Assembly (NCBI GenBank): GCA_027064945.1
Contig: JAMOPB010000260.1
Location: 1 to 43,894 of the forward strand
DNA length: 43,894 nt
Direction of reading: 5' to 3'
From: Candidatus Cloacimonadota bacterium
GTDB lineage: Bacteria > Cloacimonadota > Cloacimonadia > Cloacimonadales > TCS61
Shown: positions 18,558-26,531 of the stretch, piece by piece
Layout: each line of letters opens with the position of its first letter
How positions within the stretch are numbered: the stretch's first letter is position 1
Translations under genes and position numbers: made by a program
Notes under the pieces: model-generated
What the model was told of the DNA's origin: nothing
The model's database searches: none
Seen by the model: only the letters and a program-made list of their open reading frames with translations

Positions 18558-19102
18558 TGAAAAATAAATATATGATCCTTTTACTCATCATAATTGTAGT
18601 TGGAGCAGGTTTTTTCTATATTGGAAATGAAGTTATTTCTAAAAAAGTAAGAAAAATTAATGCTTACGATAAGAAAATTAAAGAAGAACAAGAAAAATTA
18701 AATAGCGCGAAAGTGTTGAATGAACAACTTTCTGAAGTTTCAAAAGTTATTTTAGCTAGTATTACCGACAAAAGAGAATATAGCCCTGAGGAGATTAATG
18801 CTTTTGTAAAAAAATTAGCTGATTTAGCTGATAAATATGAAATCACAGTAAATGCTGTAGTTCCAAAAGTTGTTAGTGGATTAAACAGACACTATGTGGA
18901 ACAGCAATATACGTTAGAAATTAACTGTACTTTTGTACAATTGGGTAAATTCTTAACCGAATTGGAAGGTTTTGATAACATTATGGAAATTAACACGTTA
19001 ACTGTTAATCCTATTCCTACGGAAAATTCATCAGAACTTACCGATACTCGCTACCGTGTATCAATTCTTCTTACTACTGTGAAGATTGTGAAGGAGGCAT
19101 AA
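18557..19102 (+). CDS. pilO: PilO-like pilus assembly protein (bitopic)
   Basis: Single N-terminal TM (YMILLLIIIVVGAGFFYIG), a coiled-coil segment, then a small alpha/beta C-domain. The call rests on position between the pilN-like and pilQ genes; TAATG coupling. Confidence 0.5.
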   Translation: MKNKYMILLLIIIVVGAGFFYIGNEVISKKVRKINAYDKKIKEEQEKLNSAKVLNEQLSEVSKVILASITDKREYSPEEINAFVKKLADLADKYEITVNAVVPKVVSGLNRHYVEQQYTLEINCTFVQLGKFLTELEGFDNIMEINTLTVNPIPTENSSELTDTRYRVSILLTTVKIVKEA

Positions 19103-19647
19103 TGGAAAACAAATATCTCAAAGATTTTATAATTATCGTAGTGGTATTGTTGGTCATTGCCTTTGGATGGTTTGATTATTATAACTATAATAAGGTAGAA
19201 AAAATCCCACAAGAATCAAAGTATAAGAAATTAGCACTTAGCGAGAAATTACTCGAACAAATCCAAAGTATTGAAGAATCTATTAAAGATAGAAAATCTT
19301 TTGTATTTACAGTGGAAAAAGATCCTCTTGAGCAAAATCTTATTGTGAAAACAATTAAAGATTTAGAAAAACAATGGCGTGAAGAAGTAGAAAAATTGAT
19401 TCGTTTAGAATCTACAATTATCACAGAATCAGGCGAAAATTTAGCTTCTATAGCTCATAAAGGTGAGAGTAATTTATATAAGGTTGGCGATGAGTTTATG
19501 GGTAGAAAAATTACAAGTATAGAAAGTGGAAAAATTAGCTATACTTATAGAGGAACTAACGGAGTTCTCTATGTAACGGAATTACCTGCTAAACCTGAAG
19601 CAATCGAAAGAAATAACAAAAAAAGTAAGAACGTACCTAATTGGTAG
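19102..19647 (+). CDS. PilP-position protein (N-terminal TM anchor rather than lipobox)
   Basis: The call rests on position directly upstream of the secretin, size (181 aa) and a beta-rich C-terminus (YKVGDEFMGRKITSIESGKISYTYRG). No sequence motif is diagnostic. Confidence 0.35.
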   Translation: MENKYLKDFIIIVVVLLVIAFGWFDYYNYNKVEKIPQESKYKKLALSEKLLEQIQSIEESIKDRKSFVFTVEKDPLEQNLIVKTIKDLEKQWREEVEKLIRLESTIITESGENLASIAHKGESNLYKVGDEFMGRKITSIESGKISYTYRGTNGVLYVTELPAKPEAIERNNKKSKNVPNW

Positions 19648-19664
19648 AGAAGGAGAAACATACA

Positions 19665-21056
19665 ATGAATTTTAATATTAAAAGATTTGTGGCTTCGTTA
19701 ATTCTGGTTTTATTTATCTCTAGCTCAATATTTGCAGCAGATTTAGAGCTTTTAAATAAGAAAATCAGTATTGACGCGAAAGATGCAGCTGTATCACAAA
19801 TTATTTCAACAATGGCTAACCTTAGTGGTTGTAATATAGTCTTAGCAGTAGATACTGAAGGTGATGAAAATAAAAAACCAAGCGAAAAGAAAATCACTAT
19901 TCATTTAGAAGAAGTTCCTGTTGAACAAGCTTTATCATTAGTAGTTAAATCAATTGGACTTTCTTATCGTTTAATTGGTGATAGAACTTTCTTAGTTGGT
20001 GATAAAACAAAAATTGAAGAAGAGATTGGTGAAAGATCTTATGTTGTAGAATTGAATTATGTTGATGCAGAAAAAATTAAATCAGCTTTTGAAATCATGC
20101 CCGGTGAAATCAATGTAATTGAGGGTCAAAACTCTCTTCTTATAAGTGCAAATCCAAACACATTCGCTGAAATCAGCAAAAAAATAGAAATAATAGATGT
20201 CCCTCAAAAACAGATCGAAATCCAAGCTCGCTTGATCGAAGTTTCTGTGAACGAAGCTGAAAAACTTGGAATTGATTGGTCTCGTTTAAGCCAATTAACA
20301 ACAATCTTAGCTGAAGATCCTGTTAATTCTAATGGTATTGGTTTACCATATAATTTTGATGATGTTACCGGTGAAACACCTTATGGTCAATTATCTTCAC
20401 TTGGTACATTACCGGAAGATCAATATTTCCAAAAATTAGATGAACTTGATGATATTGGTAAATTCTCTCGTCAATTAACAGCTTTTGATGTTACACTTGA
20501 TTGGTTGATGGAAAATAATGCTGCACAATTACTTACAAATACAAGAATTACAGCAAAAAATGGTGAAGAAGCTGAAATTCATATTGGCGAAGTTGTGCCT
20601 TTCGTTGTAAAAGATGATGATAACCAAATCCAAGTGGAAAGAGAAGAAGTTGGTATCAAACTTAAAGTTAAACCGACTATCAACAAAGATGGTTATATCA
20701 CAACTGTTTTAGAACCTGAAGTAAGTTCAGTTATCGAATTAGTTGGGGGATATGTTCCAAGAACTAAGGTAAGAAGAATCACATCTACAGTTACTGTTCC
20801 TGATGGTAAAAAAATTGTAGTTGGCGGACTTTTAAATTCTACTATTAGTACAAAAGTAAGCAGAGTTCCTCTTCTTAGTAGAATCCCATTTATCGGGAAA
20901 TTATTTACACATAAATATGAAGTTGTAGATAATACTGACCTTATTATTGAGATTACTCCAAGAGTTGTAACATTTGAAAATGCAGATGTAGAATATGATA
21001 TCGATCCTCGTTTAGAGCGTGAGATAATTAAAAAAAAAACAACTGATGAAGAGTAG
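19665..21056 (+). CDS. pilQ: Type IV pilus secretin PilQ
   Basis: Signal peptide. N0-like domain (ISIDAKDAAVSQIISTMANLSGCNIVLAVD...ITIHLEEVPVEQALSLVVKSIGL). Secretin core ITSTVTVPDGKKIVVGGLL...VSRVPLLSRIPFIGKLF...DLIIEITPRVV. ATG 19665 with AGGAG RBS is preferred over the listed TTG 19641. Confidence 0.9.
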   Translation: MNFNIKRFVASLILVLFISSSIFAADLELLNKKISIDAKDAAVSQIISTMANLSGCNIVLAVDTEGDENKKPSEKKITIHLEEVPVEQALSLVVKSIGLSYRLIGDRTFLVGDKTKIEEEIGERSYVVELNYVDAEKIKSAFEIMPGEINVIEGQNSLLISANPNTFAEISKKIEIIDVPQKQIEIQARLIEVSVNEAEKLGIDWSRLSQLTTILAEDPVNSNGIGLPYNFDDVTGETPYGQLSSLGTLPEDQYFQKLDELDDIGKFSRQLTAFDVTLDWLMENNAAQLLTNTRITAKNGEEAEIHIGEVVPFVVKDDDNQIQVEREEVGIKLKVKPTINKDGYITTVLEPEVSSVIELVGGYVPRTKVRRITSTVTVPDGKKIVVGGLLNSTISTKVSRVPLLSRIPFIGKLFTHKYEVVDNTDLIIEITPRVVTFENADVEYDIDPRLEREIIKKKTTDEE

Positions 21057-21069
21057 ATAGGGAGTTAAA

Positions 21070-22620
21070 ATGAAGAAAAAATTATTGTTAATAATTGCAG
21101 CTACAATGCTACTTTCGTTGGTAGTGTTTTCAGGTTGTGATGATCGTTCTGTAGCATTAGATGATATTAATATCGCTACGATGAATGTTAGTCCAAGCGA
21201 ACTTGTAGTTGGCGATACAGTAACATGTTATGTAAGAGCAATTTTACAAGATGATGATGGATTTGCTGTAACAAATACAAAAGTTATTTTCAAATCTGAT
21301 CTTGGTAGCATGAATCCTGCAAGTGTATTTTCAGATAGTTCAGGTGTTGCTAAAGTGAAATTTGATTATAGTACAATAGAAGCTGTTCCAGAAAATGATG
21401 TCGTAATTGAAGCTTATGTAAAAGATAAAGATAGCGGAATTATGAATTCTACAAACGTGACTTTTGGTTCTCCTGCTATTCCTGAAGTAAATTCTCTTCA
21501 GTTTGACGAACAACCAATTAGTTTGCAAGTAGCTGGTACCGGTGGTCCGGAATCAGCTGATCTGAATGTAACAATTTACGATTATCAGGGTGCACTTATT
21601 ACTGAACCAATGGAAATTGCTTTCTGGTTCGATATGACAAAAACTACTGCAGATGATGCAAAAATTAATAACGAAGTTGCTATTTCTGAAGATACAGCAC
21701 AAATTGTTACATCAGTTGATGGTGTTGCTTCTGTTTCTATCTCTTCAGGTATCAAGTCCGGTAATGCTACTGTTGTAGCAAAATCTGTGGCTAATGGTAT
21801 TGAAGCTGTGAAGGGTAATATTATTGTACAAGCTGGTGCTCCTGAAACTGTAGAATTTGTAATGCCAGGTCATAATACAGGTGAAGATATGGGAGCCGGT
21901 ACTTGGAAAGTTCAAATTGCTGCTCTTATCAATGATACATATGGTAATCCTGTTGGTGACGGAACAGCTGTATTCTTCCAAATAGAAGATGATGATGAAA
22001 TAACTTATGCATCATTAGAAACTCAATATTGCTATGTTGGTAACGAAAATGCTGCAGGTGATACACTTGCAGGAACAGCATTTACGTTCTTAAACTATGA
22101 TGGTACACATACAAATGATTCATTTGATATTTCCGTACAGGTTGGCGGTGTTGATTTCCCACCGGAAACAATTACACTTCCAATTCAATTCCCGGTATTG
22201 GAAGTTGTTCCAGTTCCTCAACACTTGGATTGGAATGTTCAAAATGATAATTCTGATAAGACTACAGAGCTTAATATTGTAATTACTGATGGACAGCAAA
22301 ATAGAATCAATAAGCAATTAATCTATGCTACCGGAACATTAGGATATCCTGAGCTTCAAACAGAGCCTGAACCTGATCTTCCTGCTATAGTTGATCTTGG
22401 TTATGAATTAGAAGATAACGATAATAGTTACAAAGGTGTTACCTATTTTGTAGATGGTATTGGTGGTAGATTAACAAAACCTTATTCTTTCTATAAAATC
22501 GAATGCCCTGCTCCATCTCAAACAGGTCCTGGTACTACTACTGCAAATATAACAATTACTATTCCCGGAACAAATACAAATGCTAACGCGAATATTATCC
22601 TGTTCCGTTATGTTGACTAA
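21070..22620 (+). CDS. Multi-Ig-like (Big_1/invasin-type) lipoprotein embedded between pilQ and pilB
   Basis: Lipobox LVVFSG|CDDRS. Repeated Ig-like segments (VGDTVTCYVRAILQDDDGFAVTNTKVIFKSDLG...SGVAKVKF; ADLNVTIYDYQGALITEP; GNATVVAKSV; WKVQIAALINDTYGNPVGDGTAVFF). 13-nt gap after pilQ and 9-nt gap before pilB. Confidence 0.6.
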   Translation: MKKKLLLIIAATMLLSLVVFSGCDDRSVALDDINIATMNVSPSELVVGDTVTCYVRAILQDDDGFAVTNTKVIFKSDLGSMNPASVFSDSSGVAKVKFDYSTIEAVPENDVVIEAYVKDKDSGIMNSTNVTFGSPAIPEVNSLQFDEQPISLQVAGTGGPESADLNVTIYDYQGALITEPMEIAFWFDMTKTTADDAKINNEVAISEDTAQIVTSVDGVASVSISSGIKSGNATVVAKSVANGIEAVKGNIIVQAGAPETVEFVMPGHNTGEDMGAGTWKVQIAALINDTYGNPVGDGTAVFFQIEDDDEITYASLETQYCYVGNENAAGDTLAGTAFTFLNYDGTHTNDSFDISVQVGGVDFPPETITLPIQFPVLEVVPVPQHLDWNVQNDNSDKTTELNIVITDGQQNRINKQLIYATGTLGYPELQTEPEPDLPAIVDLGYELEDNDNSYKGVTYFVDGIGGRLTKPYSFYKIECPAPSQTGPGTTTANITITIPGTNTNANANIILFRYVD

Positions 22621-22629
22621 GGAGTAATA

Positions 22630-24336
22630 ATGGCTTTTAACCCACAATTTGCACAACTTGGAGAAATCTTAGTACATGAAGGTTACATTAATAATCAACA
22701 ATTAGAAGAAGGTTTAAAGAAACAAAACAACTTTGGTACTAAGATTGGTGAAACCCTTATCAAGTTGGGTTACTTAAAAGAGAATGAATTGCTCAGCGCA
22801 CTCCAGCAACAGCTGGAGTGTGATGTGATTCGTGAAAGCGAGTTACTTGAGCTTGATGAAAATATAGTGAAATTAATTCCGGAACCATTTGCTGTCGAAA
22901 ACAGAGTTCTTGCTATCAGAGATATCGGAGATTCTATGATTGTCGCTATGACAGATCCTGAAAATGTCGTTATCCAAGATAGTTTGCAAAAAATGGTTGG
23001 AAAGAATGTGATTCCTACTCTTATCGGTGAATCTGCTCTTACTGATGCTTTGGAAAAGTATTATAAGAGTATTAGAACTTCATCTCAAGTAGATGATGCT
23101 GTAGGAAATTTCGATTTTGTAGCTGTTGATGAAGAAGAGAATGAGATATCAATCGACTCAAGTCAAGAAGTTGATGCTCCTGTTGTGAAATTGGTAAATC
23201 TGATCATTACAGAAGCTATCAAATCTAATTGTACAGATATTCACATTGAACCATTAACTAAGCAAACAAGAGTTCGTTTCCGTATTGATGGCGCTTTACG
23301 TGAAGTTATGACTTCTCCTATTGGAATGCATGCCGGTCTTGTATCCATTGTAAAAGTAATGTCAAAATTGAATATTGCTGAACGTAGATTACCTCAAGAT
23401 GGTCATATCTCATTAAAAACATCTATCAAAAGTGTGGATGTTCGTGTATCTATTACTCCTACCGTAACAGGTGAAAAAGTTGTGATGCGTCTTTTGGATA
23501 AAGGTGATTTTGGATTTAGTCTTACAAGTCTTGGATTTACAGAAGCTAACCTTGTTATGTTCAAGAAATGGATTAAACGTCCTTATGGAATTAACATAGT
23601 TTCCGGTCCTACCGGTAGTGGTAAATCTACCACTTTGCATGCTGCTCTAAAAGAGATTATGGATATCGAAAACAACATTATCACAGTGGAAGATCCTGTA
23701 GAGTATCGTCTTGATGGTATTACTCAGATCGAAGCTAATGAGAAGATCGGTCTTACTTTTGGTTCAGCACTTCGTTCTGTATTACGCCAAGACCCTGATG
23801 TTGTTCTTATTGGTGAGATTCGTGACGAAGAAACAGCAGATATTGCTGTGAAATTCTCACTTACCGGTCACTTGGTATTTTCTACATTGCACGCTAATGA
23901 TGCACCTGCTACTATCACTCGTTTGATAGATATTGGAATTGCACCATATTTAGTGGCTTCATCATTGAATTTGGTGATGGCTCAGCGTTTGATGAGAAAA
24001 GTTTGTCCAAATTGCATTACAGATTACAAACCTACAGATAAGGAACTGCAATTGGCAGGAATTAGTGAAGAAGAAGCAAAAAATATCAACTTCAAAAAAG
24101 GTGTTGGCTGTGTTCATTGTGACAATACTGGTTATAAAGGTAGAACAGGTATCTTTGAGATGTTGGAATTAAATTCAGAGATAAGAAAATTGATATTTGA
24201 AGGTAAGAACCAAGATATTATTAGAGATAAAGCATTGGAAAATGGAATGGAAACATTGCATGATGCAGCTGTAGCTAGGATGAAACTTGGAATTACTTCA
24301 ATTCAAGAAGTTATTAAATTAACTATCTCTGATTAA
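22630..24336 (+). CDS. pilB: Type IV pilus assembly (extension) ATPase PilB with an N-terminal MshEN/T2SSE_N domain
   Basis: Walker A GPTGSGKSTT, ITVEDPVEY, LRQDPDVVLIGEIRD, LTGHLVFSTLHAND, tetracysteine CPNC...CVHC. N-terminal tandem 24-residue LGxxLVxxGYIxxxxLxxxLxxQ motifs. Confidence 0.95.
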   Translation: MAFNPQFAQLGEILVHEGYINNQQLEEGLKKQNNFGTKIGETLIKLGYLKENELLSALQQQLECDVIRESELLELDENIVKLIPEPFAVENRVLAIRDIGDSMIVAMTDPENVVIQDSLQKMVGKNVIPTLIGESALTDALEKYYKSIRTSSQVDDAVGNFDFVAVDEEENEISIDSSQEVDAPVVKLVNLIITEAIKSNCTDIHIEPLTKQTRVRFRIDGALREVMTSPIGMHAGLVSIVKVMSKLNIAERRLPQDGHISLKTSIKSVDVRVSITPTVTGEKVVMRLLDKGDFGFSLTSLGFTEANLVMFKKWIKRPYGINIVSGPTGSGKSTTLHAALKEIMDIENNIITVEDPVEYRLDGITQIEANEKIGLTFGSALRSVLRQDPDVVLIGEIRDEETADIAVKFSLTGHLVFSTLHANDAPATITRLIDIGIAPYLVASSLNLVMAQRLMRKVCPNCITDYKPTDKELQLAGISEEEAKNINFKKGVGCVHCDNTGYKGRTGIFEMLELNSEIRKLIFEGKNQDIIRDKALENGMETLHDAAVARMKLGITSIQEVIKLTISD

Positions 24337-24346
24337 TAAAATTATT

Positions 24347-24370
24347 GCAGTGCTAACTATTTAGCACTGC
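24347..24370 (+). other. Intra-operon hairpin between pilB and pilC (10-bp stem, 4-nt loop)
   Basis: GCAGTGCTAA-CTAT-TTAGCACTGC, followed by GGATTTATTA, which is only a weak U-tract. Confidence 0.55.
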
Positions 24371-24397
24371 GGATTTATTAAATTATAAGGAAAATTT

Positions 24398-25651
24398 ATG
24401 GCTGGATTTCGATATATAATAAAAGATGCCAAAGGTGTTCGTGTAGAAGGTACGGTCAAAGCCGGATCAATGGATGAGGCTGTTGATAAATTAACTCAGG
24501 AAGGTAGTGTAATCATTAACGTGAAACCGGAAAAAGAAGGTTCATCACGTAATAAAATGTCACTATTTGAAAAGTTAATGTTTGCTTTCTATAAATTTAG
24601 AACTGGTGTCTCATTAAAAGTTCTTGTATTTTTCACTCGTCAGATGGCAACAATGTTTTCTGCCGGTCTAACCATTGAGAAATCATTACAGAACTTAGAA
24701 AAGGGCGAGAAAAACAAAAAGTTCAAGAAGGTGCTAAAAAAACTTTCTGACGATATCAGAAAAGGATATAGTCTTTCTGAAGCGATGGAACAACATCCCG
24801 GTGTATTCAATGCGCTTTATATTTCATTGGTAAAAGCCGGTGAAGTTTCAGGTACATTGCATACAGTATTAGATGAACTTTCTGAATATCTGGAAAAGCT
24901 TGAAGATACTAAACGTAAAGTATCAGGAGCAATGGCCTATCCTGCATTTATCTTAGTATTCCTAGCATTTGTGGTTTGGGGCTTATTTGCTTTTATCATT
25001 CCTATGTTTGCTGGTGTTTATAATAGTTTTAATGCAGATTTGCCTGCAGCTACCGTTACAGCTATCGCTATTAGTAATGTGGTTAGAGAACATGCATTCC
25101 TTACATTTTTGGGAATTATTGGTGTTATCATAGCATTCTTCCTTTTCTATTTGTCTGATAAAGGTAGATATATTTTAGATAAACTTATTTTGAAGATACC
25201 TGTAATCGGTTATCTGAAAGAAAACTCAATAATGAGTAACTTTGCTCGTACATTTAGTATCCTGATGGCTTCCGGTGTTCCAATTATGGAAACAATGGAG
25301 TTAGTGGAAAATGTAGTACAAAATGCTGTAGTGGAAAAAGCTATTCAAAATGCACGTGAATATGTGAAAGAAGGATATTCAGTTGCCGGAGCTTTTCGTA
25401 AAACTGGCGTTTTTCCATCTACATTATTACAATTGATTGCTACCGGTGAAGATACAGGAGATATGGATAACTTGCTTGCAAAAGGTGCAAGTTTCCATCA
25501 AAAATTAGTTGATAGTGTAATCGATCGTTTGACATCATTGATAGAGCCTATGCTAATCATTGTAATGGCAGCGGTGGTTGGTTATATCATTATCATTATT
25601 TATCTTCCAATTTTCAATCTGGGACGTGCTATCAGTTCTGGTGCAAAATAG
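24398..25651 (+). CDS. pilC: Type IV pilus platform protein PilC (GspF family)
   Basis: 417 aa with two GspF-type repeats (FTRQMATMFSAGLTIEKSL / FARTFSILMASGVPIMETM), three TM segments, and the characteristic C-terminus YLPIFNLGRAI. Confidence 0.9.
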   Translation: MAGFRYIIKDAKGVRVEGTVKAGSMDEAVDKLTQEGSVIINVKPEKEGSSRNKMSLFEKLMFAFYKFRTGVSLKVLVFFTRQMATMFSAGLTIEKSLQNLEKGEKNKKFKKVLKKLSDDIRKGYSLSEAMEQHPGVFNALYISLVKAGEVSGTLHTVLDELSEYLEKLEDTKRKVSGAMAYPAFILVFLAFVVWGLFAFIIPMFAGVYNSFNADLPAATVTAIAISNVVREHAFLTFLGIIGVIIAFFLFYLSDKGRYILDKLILKIPVIGYLKENSIMSNFARTFSILMASGVPIMETMELVENVVQNAVVEKAIQNAREYVKEGYSVAGAFRKTGVFPSTLLQLIATGEDTGDMDNLLAKGASFHQKLVDSVIDRLTSLIEPMLIIVMAAVVGYIIIIIYLPIFNLGRAISSGAK

Positions 25652-25673
25652 TAGGAAGTAAGAAAATAATAGA

Positions 25674-25704
25674 TCAGGGGTTTAAAAGCGAATTTTAAAC
25701 CCCT
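25674..25704 (+). other. Intra-operon hairpin between pilC and pilD (13-bp stem)
   Basis: CAGGGGTTTAAAA-GCGAA-TTTTAAACCCCTG, followed by CTTCTTAAAT with no clean U-tract. Confidence 0.55.
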
Positions 25705-25733
25705 GCTTCTTAAATATAAATCGGAGAATTTTA

Positions 25734-26522
25734 ATGATCGCTGAGCTTATCATAATTTATATATTTATCTTTATTTTTGGTGCAGTTTTTGGCAGTTTCT
25801 TTAATGTGTGTATTTCCAGAATACCGCTAAAAGAATCTTTATTAACAGAATCTCACTGTCCAAATTGTGGAAAAGCAATTAAATATCATAACAATATTCC
25901 AATATTTAGCTGGCTTTTTCTTAAAGGTAAATGCTCTGATTGTGGACAACCTATATCCATTACATACTTTTTAGTAGAGCTAATTACACCGCTTTTGTTT
26001 ATGTTTATTTTTTATGTAAATGGTTCAAGATTTTCAATTACATTTTTTTCTCAAATTATTTTTGCAAGTTTTGCAATTATTATTGCTTTTATAGATCTCA
26101 AGAATCAAATTATTCCTGATGTGCTTTCTATTCCGCTTCTTTTTATAGGATTAATTTTTGGTTTTTTACAAAATAATATTAATGGTTTGTTCGAATCGTT
26201 TATCGGTGGAGCGACAGGTTTTTTGCTTTTTCTGATAGTGAGCGAATTTTATTCTAAAGTAAGAAAAAAAGAAGCACTTGGTGGAGGTGATATAAAAATT
26301 ATGGCTGCAATCGGTGCATTTAGCGGTTGGATGGGCGTGCTGGCAATTACATTCTTAGCTTCTGTTTTCGCGTTGATTATTTTGGTTATGATCAAACACG
26401 ATCCTGAAAAGCATTTTCCATTTGGACCATTTTTAGTTTCTGCTTCGCTTTTTTATCTTATTGGCGGAAGATTTTTAGAAAATTTATATATGAAGTTTTT
26501 TGATTTTATTATGACAATTTAG
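25734..26522 (+). CDS. pilD: Prepilin peptidase/N-methyltransferase PilD (peptidase A24)
   Basis: Polytopic membrane protein. N-terminal CPNCGKAI...CSDCGQPI zinc-ribbon-like pair. Catalytic Asp contexts QIIPDVLS and GGGDIKIMAAIG. Confidence 0.9.
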   Translation: MIAELIIIYIFIFIFGAVFGSFFNVCISRIPLKESLLTESHCPNCGKAIKYHNNIPIFSWLFLKGKCSDCGQPISITYFLVELITPLLFMFIFYVNGSRFSITFFSQIIFASFAIIIAFIDLKNQIIPDVLSIPLLFIGLIFGFLQNNINGLFESFIGGATGFLLFLIVSEFYSKVRKKEALGGGDIKIMAAIGAFSGWMGVLAITFLASVFALIILVMIKHDPEKHFPFGPFLVSASLFYLIGGRFLENLYMKFFDFIMTI

Positions 26523-26531
26523 GGAGGATTT

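Noticed and set aside
11785-26522. Alternative identities for the cluster: type II secretion system, Tad/Flp pilus or competence pilus
   Set aside because: A PilT retraction ATPase and PilM/N/O-like genes are present, along with a pilin with a short leader and Phe+1/Glu+5. There are no GspC/L/M, TadZ/RcpC/Flp-type or ComEA/ComEC genes. All of this points to a type IVa pilus.
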